Below, piece after piece: positions 33,800-45,900 of a DNA stretch of 64,000 bases (its first letter is position 1; every line of letters begins with the position of its first letter). The stretch spans positions 134,106,001 to 134,170,000 of the forward strand of contig OZ024744.1 of NCBI GenBank assembly GCA_964016885.1. The letters are read 5' to 3'. The position numbers and the translations under genes are program-made. Source of the DNA: Eledone cirrhosa. Its lineage: Eukaryota. The notes under the pieces were generated by a model. That model did not search any database, was not told the DNA's origin, and worked only from the letters and a program-made list of their open reading frames with translations.

Positions 33800-36700
33800 A
33801 GTTAAGTTGGGGTCAACTTAAGTTGGGGTTAAGTTGGGGTTAAGTTAAGTTAGGTTTAAGTTAAATTGGGGTTAAGTTAAGTTGGGGTTAAGTTAAGTTG
33901 GGGTTAAGTTAAGTTGGAGTTAAGTTAATTTGTGGTTAAGTTAAGTTGGGATTAAGTTAAGTTGGGGTTAAGTTAAGTTGGGGTTAAGTTAAGTCGGGGT
34001 TAAGTTAAGTTGGGGTTAAGTTAAGTTGGGGTTAATTTAAGTTGGGGTTAAGTTAAGTTGGGGTTAAGTTAAGTTGGGGTTAAATTAAGTTGGGGTTAAG
34101 TTAAGTTGGGGTTAAGTCAAGTTGGGGTTAAGTTAAGTTGGGGATAAGTTAAGTTGGGGATAATTTAAGTTGGGGTTAAGTTAAGTTGGGTTTAAGTTAA
34201 GTTGGGGTTAAGTTAAGTTGGGGTTAAGTTAAGTTGGGGTTAAGTTAAGTTGGGGTTAAGTTAAGTTGGGGTTAAGTTAAGTTGAGGTTAAGTTAAGTTG
34301 GGGTTAAATTAAGTTGGGGTTAAGTTAAGTTGGGGTTAAGTTAAGTTGGGGTTAAGTTAAGTTGGGCATAAGTTAAGTTGGGGATAATTTAAGTTGGGGT
34401 TAAGTTAAGTTGGGTTTAAGTTAAGTTGGGGTTAAGTTAAGTTGGGGATAAGTTAAGTTGGGGTTAAGTTAAGTTGGGGTTAAGTTAAGTTGGGGTTAAG
34501 TTAAGTTGGGGCTAAGTTAAGTTGGGGCTGAGTTAAGTTGGGGTTAAGTTAAGTTGGGGTTAAGTTAAGTTGGGGTTAATTTAAGTTGGGGTTTATTTAA
34601 GTTGGGGTTACGTTAAGTTGGTGTTAAGTTAAGTTGGGGTTAATTTAAGTTGGGGTTAATTAAGTTGGGGTTAAGTTAAGTTGGGGTTAAGTTAAGTTGG
34701 GGTTAAGTTAAGTTGAGGTTAAGTTAAGTTGGGGTTAAATTAAGTTGGGGTTAAGTTAAGTTGGGGTTAAGTTAAGTTGGGGTTAAGTTAAGTTGGGGTT
34801 AAGTTAAGTTGGGGTTAAGTTAAGTTGGGGTTAAGTTAAGTTGGGGTTAAGTTAAGTTGAGGTTAAGTTAAGTTGGGGTTAAATTAAGTTGGGATTAAGT
34901 TAAGTTGGGGTTACGTTAAGTTGGAGTTAAGTTAAGTTGGGGTTAAGTTAAGTTGGGGTTAAATTAAGTTGGGGTTAAGTTAAGTTGGGGTTAAGTTAAG
35001 TTGGGGTTAAGTTGGGGTCAAGTTAAGTTGGGGTTAAGTTAAGTTGGGGTTAATTTAAGTTGGGGTTTATTTAAGTTGGGGTTACGTTAAGTTGGTGTTA
35101 AGTTAAGTTGGGGTTAATTTAAGTTGGGGTTAATTAAGTTGGGGTTAAGTTAAGTTGGGGTTAAGTTAAGTTGGGGTTAATTTAAGTTGGGGTTGAGTTA
35201 AGTTGGGGTTAAGTTAAGTTGGGGTTATATTAAGTTGGGGTTAAGTTAAGTTGGGGTTCAGTTAAGTTGGGTATAAGTTAAGTTGGGGTTAAGTTAAGTT
35301 GGTGTTAAGTTAAGTTGGGGCTGAGTTAAGTTGGGGTTAAGTTAAGTTGGGGTCAAGTTAAGTTGGGGTTAAGTTGGGGTTAAGTTAAGTTAGGTTTAAG
35401 TTAAGATGGGGTTAAGTTAAGTTGGGGTTAAGTTAAGTTGGGGTTAAGTTAAGTCGGGGTTAAGTTAAGTTGGGGTTAAGTTAAGTTGGGGTTAATTTAA
35501 GTTGGGGTTAAGTTAAGTTGGGGTCAAGTTAAGTTGGGGTTAAGTTGGGGTTAAGTTAATTTGTGGTTAAGTTAAGTTGGGGTTAAGTTAAGTTGGGGTT
35601 AAGTTAAGTTGGGGTTAAGTTAAGTCGGGGTTAAGTTAAGTTGGGGTTAAGTTAAGTTGGGGTTAATTTAAGTTGGGGTTAAGTTAAGTTGGGGTCAAGT
35701 TAAGTTGGGGTTAAGTTGGGGTTAAGTTAAGTTAGGTTTAAGTTAAGTTGGGGTTAAGTTAAGTTGGGGTTAAGTTAAGTTGGGGTTAAGTTAAGTTGGG
35801 GTTAAGTTAATTTGTGGTTAAGTTAAGTTGGGGTTAAGTTAAGTTGGGGTTAAGTTAAGTTGGGGTTAAGTTAAGTCGGGGTTAAGTTAAGTTGGGGTTA
35901 AGTTAAGTTGGGGTTAATTTAAGTTGGGGTTAAGTTAAGTTGGGGTTAAGTTAAGTTGGGGTTAAATTAAGTTGGGGTTAAGTTAAGTTGGGGTTAAGTC
36001 AAGTTGGGGTTAAGTTAAGTTGGGGATAAGTTAAGTTGGGGATAATTTAAGTTGGGGTTAAGTTAAGTTGGGTTTAAGTTAAGTTGGGGTTAAGTTAAGT
36101 TGGGGTTAAGTTAAGTTGGGGTTAAGTTAAGTTGGGGCTAAGTTAAGTTGGGGCTGAGTTAAGTTGGGGTTAAGTTAAGTTGGGCTTAATTTAAGTCGGG
36201 GTTAAGTTAAGTTAGGGTTCAGTTAAGTTGGGGTTAAGTTAAGTTGGGGTTAAGTTAAGTTGGGGTTAAGTTAAGTCGGGGTTAAGTTAAGTTGGGGTTA
36301 AGTTAAGTTGGGGTTAAGTTAAGTCGGGGTTAAGTTAAGTTGGGGTTAAGTTAAGTTGGGGTTAATTTAAGTTGGGGTTAAGTTAAGTTGGGGTTAAGTT
36401 AAGTTGGGGTTAAGTTAAGATGGGGTTAATTTAAGTTGGGGTTAAGTTAAGTTGAGGTTAAGTTAAGTTGGGGTTAAATTAAGTTGGGGTTAAGTTAAGT
36501 TGGGGTTAAGTCAAGTTGGGGTTAAGTTAAGTTGGGGATAAGTTAAGTTGGGGTTAATTTAAGTTGGGGTTAAGTTAAGTTGGGGTTAAGTTAAGTTGGG
36601 GTTAAATTAAGTTGGGGTTAAGTTAAGTTGGGGTTAAGTCAAGTTGGGGTTAAGTTAAGTTGGGGATAAGTTAAGTTGGGGATAATTTAAGTTGGGGTTA

Positions 36701-39700
36701 AGTTAAGTTGGGTTTAAGTTAAGTTGGGGTTAAGTTAAGTTGGGGTTAAGTTAAGTTGGGGTTAAGTTAAGTTGGGGTTAAGTTAAGTTGGGGTTAAGTT
36801 AAGTTGAGGTTAAGTTAAGTTGGGGTTAAATTAAGTTGGGGTTAAGTTAAGTTGGGGTTAAGTTAAGTTGGGGTTAAGTTAAGTTGGGCATAAGTTAAGT
36901 TGGGGATAATTTAAGTTGGGGTTAAGTTAAGTTGGGTTTAAGTTAAGTTGGGGTTAAGTTAAGTTGGGGATAAGTTAAGTTGGGGTTAAGTTAAGTTGGG
37001 GTTAAGTTAAGTTGGGGTTAAGTTAAGTTGGGGTTAAGTTGGGGTCAAGTTAAGTTGGGGTTAAGTTAAGTTGGGGTTAATTTAAGTTGGGGTTTATTTA
37101 AGTTGGGGTTACGTTAAGTTGGTGTTAAGTTAAGTTGGGGTTAATTTAAGTTGGGGTTAATTAAGTTGGGGTTAAGTTAAGTTGGGGTTAAGTTAAGTTG
37201 GGGTTAATTTAAGTTGGGGTTGAGTTAAGTTGGGGTTAAGTTAAGTTGGGGTTATATTAAGTTGGGGTTAAGTTAAGTTGGGGTTCAGTTAAGTTGGGTA
37301 TAAGTTAAGTTGGGGTTAAGTTAAGTTGGTGTTAAGTTAAGTTGGGGCTGAGTTAAGTTGGGGTTAAGTTAAGTTGGGGTCAAGTTAAGTTGGGGTTAAG
37401 TTGGGGTTAAGTTAAGTTAGGTTTAAGTTAAGATGGGGTTAAGTTAAGTTGGGGTTAAGTTAAGTTGGGGTTAAGTTAAGTCGGGGTTAAGTTAAGTTGG
37501 GGTTAAGTTAAGTTGGGGTTAATTTAAGTTGGGGTTAAGTTAAGTTGGGGTCAAGTTAAGTTGGGGTTAAGTTGGGGTTAAGTTAATTTGTGGTTAAGTT
37601 AAGTTGGGGTTAAGTTAAGTTGGGGTTAAGTTAAGTTGGGGTTAAGTTAAGTCGGGGTTAAGTTAAGTTGGGGTTAAGTTAAGTTGGGGTTAATTTAAGT
37701 TGGGGTTAAGTTAAGTTGGGGTCAAGTTAAGTTGGGGTTAAGTTGGGGTTAAGTTAAGTTAGGTTTAAGTTAAGTTGGGGTTAAGTTAAGTTGGGGTTAA
37801 GTTAAGTTGGGGTTAAGTTAAGTTGGGGTTAAGTTAATTTGTGGTTAAGTTAAGTTGGGGTTAAGTTAAGTTGGGGTTAAGTTAAGTTGGGGTTAAGTTA
37901 AGTCGGGGTTAAGTTAAGTTGGGGTTAAGTTAAGTTGGGGTTAATTTAAGTTGGGGTTAAGTTAAGTTGGGGTTAAGTTAAGTTGGGGTTAAATTAAGTT
38001 GGGGTTAAGTTAAGTTGGGGTTAAGTCAAGTTGGGGTTAAGTTAAGTTGGGGATAAGTTAAGTTGGGGATAATTTAAGTTGGGGTTAAGTTAAGTTGGGT
38101 TTAAGTTAAGTTGGGGTTAAGTTAAGTTGGGGTTAAGTTAAGTTGGGGCTAAGTTAAGTTGGGGCTGAGTTAAGTTGGGGTTAAGTTAAGTTGGGCTTAA
38201 TTTAAGTCGGGGTTAAGTTAAGTTAGGGTTCAGTTAAGTTGGGGTTAAGTTAAGTTGGGGTTAAGTTAAGTTGGGGTTAAGTTAAGTCGGGGTTAAGTTA
38301 AGTTGGGGTTAAGTTAAGTTGGGGTTAAGTTAAGTCGGGGTTAAGTTAAGTTGGGGTTAAGTTAAGTTGGGGTTAATTTAAGTTGGGGTTAAGTTAAGTT
38401 GGGGTTAAGTTAAGTTGGGGTTAAGTTAAGATGGGGTTAATTTAAGTTGGGGTTAAGTTAAGTTGAGGTTAAGTTAAGTTGGGGTTAAATTAAGTTGGGG
38501 TTAAGTTAAGTTGGGGTTAAGTCAAGTTGGGGTTAAGTTAAGTTGGGGATAAGTTAAGTTGGGGTTAATTTAAGTTGGGGTTAAGTTAAGTTGGGGTTAA
38601 GTTAAGTTGGGGTTAAATTAAGTTGGGGTTAAGTTAAGTTGGGGTTAAGTCAAGTTGGGGTTAAGTTAAGTTGGGGATAAGTTAAGTTGGGGATAATTTA
38701 AGTTGGGGTTAAGTTAAGTTGGGTTTAAGTTAAGTTGGGGTTAAGTTAAGTTGGGGTTAAGTTAAGTTGGGGTTAAGTTAAGTTGGGGTTAAGTTAAGTT
38801 GGGGTTAAGTTAAGTTGAGGTTAAGTTAAGTTGGGGTTAAATTAAGTTGGGGTTAAGTTAAGTTGGGGTTAAGTTAAGTTGGGGTTAAGTTAAGTTGGGC
38901 ATAAGTTAAGTTGGGGATAATTTAAGTTGGGGTTAAGTTAAGTTGGGTTTAAGTTAAGTTGGGGTTAAGTTAAGTTGGGGATAAGTTAAGTTGGGGTTAA
39001 GTTAAGTTGGGGTTAAGTTAAGTTGGGGTTAAGTTAAGTTGGGGCTAAGTTAAGTTGGGGCTGAGTTAAGTTGGGGTTAAGTTAAGTTGGGGTTAAGTTA
39101 AGTTGGGGTTAATTTAAGTTGGGGTTTATTTAAGTTGGGGTTACGTTAAGTTGGTGTTAAGTTAAGTTGGGGTTAATTTAAGTTGGGGTTAATTAAGTTG
39201 GGGTTAAGTTAAGTTGGGGTTAAGTTAAGTTGGGGTTAAGTTAAGTTGAGGTTAAGTTAAGTTGGGGTTAAATTAAGTTGGGGTTAAGTTAAGTTGGGGT
39301 TAAGTTAAGTTGGGGTTAAGTTAAGTTGGGGTTAAGTTAAGTTGGGGTTAAGTTAAGTTGGGGTTAAGTTAAGTTGGGGTTAAGTTAAGTTGGGGTTAAG
39401 TTAAGTTGAGGTTAAGTTAAGTTGGGGTTAAATTAAGTTGGGATTAAGTTAAGTTGGGGTTACGTTAAGTTGGAGTTAAGTTAAGTTGGGGTTAAGTTAA
39501 GTTGGGGTTAAATTAAGTTGGGGTTAAGTTAAGTTGGGGTTAAGTTAAGTTGGGGTTAAGTTGGGGTCAAGTTAAGTTGGGGTTAAGTTAAGTTGGGGTT
39601 AATTTAAGTTGGGGTTTATTTAAGTTGGGGTTACGTTAAGTTGGTGTTAAGTTAAGTTGGGGTTAATTTAAGTTGGGGTTAATTAAGTTGGGGTTAAGTT

Positions 39701-41100
39701 AAGTTGGGGTTAAGTTAAGTTGGGGTTAATTTAAGTTGGGGTTGAGTTAAGTTGGGGTTAAGTTAAGTTGGGGTTATATTAAGTTGGGGTTAAGTTAAGT
39801 TGGGGTTCAGTTAAGTTGGGTATAAGTTAAGTTGGGGTTAAGTTAAGTTGGTGTTAAGTTAAGTTGGGGCTGAGTTAAGTTGGGGTTAAGTTAAGTTGGG
39901 GTCAAGTTAAGTTGGGGTTAAGTTGGGGTTAAGTTAAGTTAGGTTTAAGTTAAGATGGGGTTAAGTTAAGTTGGGGTTAAGTTAAGTTGGGGTTAAGTTA
40001 AGTCGGGGTTAAGTTAAGTTGGGGTTAAGTTAAGTTGGGGTTAATTTAAGTTGGGGTTAAGTTAAGTTGGGGTCAAGTTAAGTTGGGGTTAAGTTGGGGT
40101 TAAGTTAATTTGTGGTTAAGTTAAGTTGGGGTTAAGTTAAGTTGGGGTTAAGTTAAGTTGGGGTTAAGTTAAGTCGGGGTTAAGTTAAGTTGGGGTTAAG
40201 TTAAGTTGGGGTTAATTTAAGTTGGGGTTAAGTTAAGTTGGGGTCAAGTTAAGTTGGGGTTAAGTTGGGGTTAAGTTAAGTTAGGTTTAAGTTAAGTTGG
40301 GGTTAAGTTAAGTTGGGGTTAAGTTAAGTTGGGGTTAAGTTAAGTTGGGGTTAAGTTAATTTGTGGTTAAGTTAAGTTGGGGTTAAGTTAAGTTGGGGTT
40401 AAGTTAAGTTGGGGTTAAGTTAAGTCGGGGTTAAGTTAAGTTGGGGTTAAGTTAAGTTGGGGTTAATTTAAGTTGGGGTTAAGTTAAGTTGGGGTTAAGT
40501 TAAGTTGGGGTTAAATTAAGTTGGGGTTAAGTTAAGTTGGGGTTAAGTCAAGTTGGGGTTAAGTTAAGTTGGGGATAAGTTAAGTTGGGGATAATTTAAG
40601 TTGGGGTTAAGTTAAGTTGGGTTTAAGTTAAGTTGGGGTTAAGTTAAGTTGGGGTTAAGTTAAGTTGGGGTTAAGTTAAGTTGGGGCTAAGTTAAGTTGG
40701 GGCTGAGTTAAGTTGGGGTTAAGTTAAGTTGGGCTTAATTTAAGTCGGGGTTAAGTTAAGTTAGGGTTCAGTTAAGTTGGGGTTAAGTTAAGTTGGGGTT
40801 AAGTTAAGTTGGGGTTAAGTTAAGTCGGGGTTAAGTTAAGTTGGGGTTAAGTTAAGTTGGGGTTAAGTTAAGTCGGGGTTAAGTTAAGTTGGGGTTAAGT
40901 TAAGTTGGGGTTAATTTAAGTTGGGGTTAAGTTAAGTTGGGGTTAAGTTAAGTTGGGGTTAAGTTAAGATGGGGTTAATTTAAGTTGGGGTTAAGTTAAG
41001 TTGAGGTTAAGTTAAGTTGGGGTTAAATTAAGTTGGGGTTAAGTTAAGTTGGGGTTAAGTCAAGTTGGGGTTAAGTTAAGTTGGGGATAAGTTAAGTTGG
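33800..41100 (+). repeat. Further re-copies of the 21-24 kb segment, including a ~2027-bp tandem unit
   Basis: GGAG..GTGG..GGGA recurs at 33916 (5316 after 28600). GGGATTAAG..TTACG recurs at 34891 and 39440. GGGGTTAAGTTGGGGTCAAG occurs at 35003, 37030 (offset 2027) and 39552. Confidence 0.75.
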
Positions 41101-42909
41101 GGATAATTTAAGTTGGGTTTGAGTTAAGTTGGGGTTAAGTTAAGTTGGGGTTAATTTAAGTTGGGGTTAAGTTAAGTTGGGGTTAATTTAAGTTGGGGCT
41201 AAGTTAAGTTGGGACTGAGTTAAGTTGGGGTTAAGTTAAGTTGGGGTTCAGTTAAGTTGGGGTTAAGTTAAGTTGGGGTTAAGATGGGGTTAAATTAAGT
41301 TGGGGTTAAGTTAAGTTGGGGTTAATTTAAGTTGGGGTTAAGTTAAGTTGGGGTTAAGTTAAGTCGGGGTTAAGTTAAGTCGGGGTTAAGTTAAGTTAGG
41401 GTTCAGTTAAGTTGGGGTTAAGTTAAGTTGGGGTTGAGTTAAGTTGGGGTTGAGTTAAATTGGGGTTGAGTTAAGTTGGGGTTGAGTTAAGTTGGTGTTG
41501 AGTTAAGTTGGGGTTAAGTTAAGTTGGGGTTAAGTTAATTTGTGGTTAAGTTAAGTTGGGGTTAAGTTAAGTTGGGGTTAAGTTAAGTTGGGGTTAAGTT
41601 AAGTTGGGGTTAAGTTAAGTTGGGGTTAAGTTAAGTTGGGGTTAAGTTAAGTTGGGGTTAAGTTATATTGAGGTTAAGTTAAGTTGGGGTTAAATTAAGT
41701 TGGGGTTAAGTTAAGTTGGGGTTAAGTTAAGTTGGGGTTAAGTTAAGTTGGGGATAAGTTAAGTTGGGGATAATTTAAGTTGGGGTTAAGTTAAGTTGGG
41801 TTTAAGTTAAGTTGGGGTTAAGTTAAGTTGGGGTTAAGTTGGGGTTAAGTTAAGTTAGGTTTAAGTTAAGATGGGGTTAAGTTAAGTTGGGGTTAAGTTA
41901 AGTTGTGGTTAAGTTAATTTGTGGTTAAGTTAAGTTGGGGTTAAGTTAAGTTGGGGTTAAGTTAAGTTGGGGTTAAGTTAAGTCGGGGTTAAGTTAAGTT
42001 GGGGTTAAGTTAAGTTGTGGTTAATTTGAGTTGGGGTTAAGTTAAGTTGGGGTCAAGTTAAGTTGGGGTTAAGTTGGGGTTAAGTTAAGTTAGGTTTAAG
42101 TTAAGTTGGGGTTAAGTTAAGTTGGGGTTAAGTTAAGTTGGGGTTAAGTTAAGTTGGGGTTAAGTTAAGTTGGGGTTAAGTTAATTTGTGGTTAAGTTAA
42201 GTTGGGGTTAAGTTAAGTTGGGGTTAAGTTAAGTTGGGGTTAAGTTAAGTCGGGGTTAAGTTAAGTTGGGGTTAAGTTAAGTTGGGGTTAATTTAAGTTG
42301 GGGTTAAGTTAAGTTAGGGTTAAGTTAAGTTGGGGTTAAATTAAGTTGGGGTTAAGTTAAGTTGGGGTTAAGTCAAGTTGGGGTTAAGTTAAGTTGGGCA
42401 TAAGTTAAGTTGGGGATAATTTAAGTTGGGGTTAAGTTAAGTTGGGTTTAAGTTAAGTTGGGGTTAAGTTAAGTTGGGGTTAAGTTAAGTTGGGGTTAAG
42501 TTAAGTTGGGGTTAAGTTAAGTTGGGGTTAAGTTAAGTTGGGGCTGAGTTAAGTTGGGGTTAAGTTAAGTTGGGCTTAATTTAAGTCGGGGTTAAGTTAA
42601 GTTAGGGTTCAGTTAAGTTGGGGTTAAGTTAAGTTGGGGTTAAGTTAAGTTGGGGTTAAGTTAAGTCGGGGTTAAGTTAAGTTGGGGTTAAGTTAAGTTG
42701 GGGTTAAGTTAAGTCGGGGTTAAGTTAAGTTGGGGTTAAGTTAAGATGGGGTTAATTTAAGTTGGGGTTAAGTTAAGTTGGGGTTAAGTTAATTTGGGGT
42801 TAAGTTAAGATGGGGTTAATTTAAGTTGGGGTTAAGTTAAGTTGAGGTTAAGTTAAGTTGGGGTTAAATTAAGTTGGGGTTAAGTTAAGTTGGGGTTAAG
42901 TCAAGTTGG

Positions 42910-45900
42910 GGTTAAGTTAAGTTGGGGATAAGTTAAGTTGGGGATAATTTAAGTTGGGTTTAAGTTAAGTTGGGGTTAAGTTAAGTTGGGGTTAAGTTAA
43001 GTTGGGGTTAAGTTAAGTTGGGGTTAATTTAAGTTGGAGCTAAGTTAAGTTGGGACTGAGTTAAGTTGGGGTTAAGTTAAGTTGGGGTTAAGTTAAGTTG
43101 GGGTTAAGTTAAGTTGGAGTTTATTTAAGTTGGGGTTAAGTTAAGTTGGGGTTCAGTTAAGTTGGGGTTAAGTTAAGTTGGGGTTAAGATGGGGTTAAAT
43201 TAAGTTGGGGTTAAGTTAAGTCGGGGTTAAGTTAAGTCGGGGTTAAGTTAAGTTAGGGTTCAGTTAAGTTGGGGTTAAGTTAAGTTGGGGTTGAGTTAAG
43301 TTGGGGTTGAGTTAAATTTGGGTTGAGTTAAGTTGGGGTTGAGTTAAGTTGGTTTTGAGTTAAGTTGGGGTTAAGTTAAGTTGGGGTTAAGTTAAGTTGC
43401 AGTTAAGTTAAGTTGAGGTTAAGTTAAGGTGCGGTTAAGTTAAGTTGGGGTTAAGTTAAGTTGGGGCTAAGTTAAGTTGGGGCTAAGTTAAGTTGGGGCT
43501 AAGTTAAGTTGGGGTTAAGTTAAGTCGAGGTTAAGTTAAGTTGGGGTTAAGTTAAGTTGAGGTTAATTTAATTTGGGGTTAAGTTAAGTTGGGGTTAAGT
43601 TAAGTTGGGGTTAAGTTAAGTTGGGGTTAAGTTAAGTTGGGTTTAAGTTAAGTTGGGGTTAAGTTAAGTTGGGGTCAAGTTAAGTTGGGGTTAAGTTAAG
43701 TTGGGGTTGAGTTAAGTTGGGGTTGAGTTAAATTGGCGTTGAGTTAAGTTGGGGTTGAGGTAAGTTGGTGTTGAGTTAAGTTGGGGTTAAGTTAAGTTGG
43801 GGTTAAGTTAAGTTGCAGTTAAGTTAAGTTGAGGTTAAGTTAAGGTGGGGTTAAGTTAAGTCGGGGTTAAGTTAAGTTGTGGTTGAGTTAAGTTGGGGTT
43901 AATTTAAGTTGGGGCTAAGTTAATTTGTGGTTAAGTTAAGTTGGGGTTAAGTTAAGTTGGGGTTAAGTTAAGTTGGGGTTGAGTTAAGTTGGGGTTGAGT
44001 TAATTTGGGGTTAAGTTAAGTTGGGGTTAAGTTAAGTTGGGTTTAAGTTAAGTTGGGGTTAAATTAAGTTGGGGTTAAATTAAGTTGGGGTTAAGTTAAG
44101 TTGGGGGTAAGTTAAGTTGGGGTTAAGTTAAGTTGGGGTTAAGTTAAGTTGGGGTTAAATTAAGTTGGGGTTACGTTAAGTTGGTGTTAAGTTAAGTTGG
44201 GGTTAATTTAAGTTGGGGTTAATTAAGTTGGGGTTAAGTTAAGTTGGGGTTAAGTTAAGTTGGGGTTAAGTTAAGTTGGGGTTAAGTTAAGTTGGGGTTA
44301 AGTTAAGTTGAGGTTAAGTTAAGTTGGGGTTTATTTAAGTTGGGGGTAAGTTAAGTTGGGGTTAAGTTAAGTTGGGGTTAAGTTAAGTTGGGGTTAAGTT
44401 AAGTTGGGGTTAAGTTAAGTTGGGGTTAAGTTAAGTTGGTGTTAAGTTAAGTTGGGGCTAAGTTAAGTTGGGGCTGAGTTAAGTTGGGGCTGAGTTAAGT
44501 TGGGGTTAAGTTAAGTTGGGGTCAAGTTAAGTTGGGGTTAAGTTGGGGTTAAGTTAAGTTAGGTTTAAGTTAAGTTGGGGTTAAGTTAAGTTGGGGTTAA
44601 GTTAAGTTGGGGTTAAGTTAAGTTGGGGTTAAGTTAATTTGTGGTTAAGTTAAGTTGGGGTTAAGTTAAGTTGGGGTTAAGTTAAGTTGGGGTTAAGTTA
44701 AGTCGGGGTTAAGTTAAGTTGGGGTTAAGTTAAGTTGGGGTTAATTTAAGTTGGGGTTAAGTTAAGTTGGGGTTAAGTTAAGTTGGGGTTAAGTTAAGTT
44801 GGGGTTAAGTTAAGTTGGGGTTAAGTTAAGTTGAGGTTAAGTTAAGTTGGGGTTAAATTAAGTTGGGGTTAAGTTAAGTTGGGGTTAAGTTAAGTTGGGG
44901 TTAAGTTAAGTTAGGGATAAGTTAAGTTGGGGATAATTTAAGTTGGGGTTAAGTTAAGTTGGGTTTAAGTTAAGTTGGGGTTAAGTTAAGTTGGGGCTAA
45001 GTTAAGTTGGGGCTGAGTTAAGTTGGGGTTAAGTTAAGTTGGGCTTAATTTAAGTCGGGGTTAAGTTAAGTTAGGGTTCAGTTAAGTTGGGGTTAAGTTA
45101 AGTTGGGGTTAAGTTAAGTTGGGGTTAAGTTAAGTCGGGGTTAAGTTAAGTTGGGGTTAAGTTAAGTTGGGGTTAAGTTAAGTCGGGGTTAAGTTAAGTT
45201 GGGGTTAAGTTAAGTTGGGGTTAATTTAAGTTGGGGTTAAGTTAAGTTGGGGTTAAGTTAAGTTGGGGTTAAGTTAATATGGGGTTAATTTAAGTTGGGG
45301 TTAAGTTAAGTTGAGGTTAAGTTAAGTTGGGGTTAAATTAAGTTGGGGTTAAGTTAAGTTGGGGTTAAGTCAAGTTGGGGTTAAGTTAAGTTGGGGATAA
45401 GTTAAGTTGGGGATAATTTAAGTTGGGTTTAAGTTAAGTTGGGGTTAAGTTAAGTTGGGGTTAAGTTAAGTTGGGGTTAATTTAAGTTGGGGCTAAGTTA
45501 AGTTGGGACTGAGTTAAGTTGGGGTTAAGTTAAGTTGGGGTTAAGTTAAGTTGGGGTTAAGTTAAGTTGGAGTTTATTTAAGTTGGGGTTAAGTTAAGTT
45601 GGGGTTCAGTTAAGTTGGGGTTAAGTTAAGTTGGGGTTAAGATGGGGTTAAATTAAGTTGGGGTTAAGTTAAGTTGGGGTTAATTTAAGTTGGGGTTAAG
45701 TTAAGTTGGGGTTAAGTTAAGTCGGGGTTAAGTTAAGTCGGGGTTAAGTTAAGTTAGGGTTCAGTTAAGTTGGGGTTAAGTTAAGTTGGGGTTGAGTTAA
45801 GTTGGGGTTGAGTTAAATTGGGGTTGAGTTAAGTTGGGGTTGAGTTAAGTTGGTGTTGAGTTAAGTTGGGGTTAAGTTAAGTTGGGGTTAAGTTAATTTG

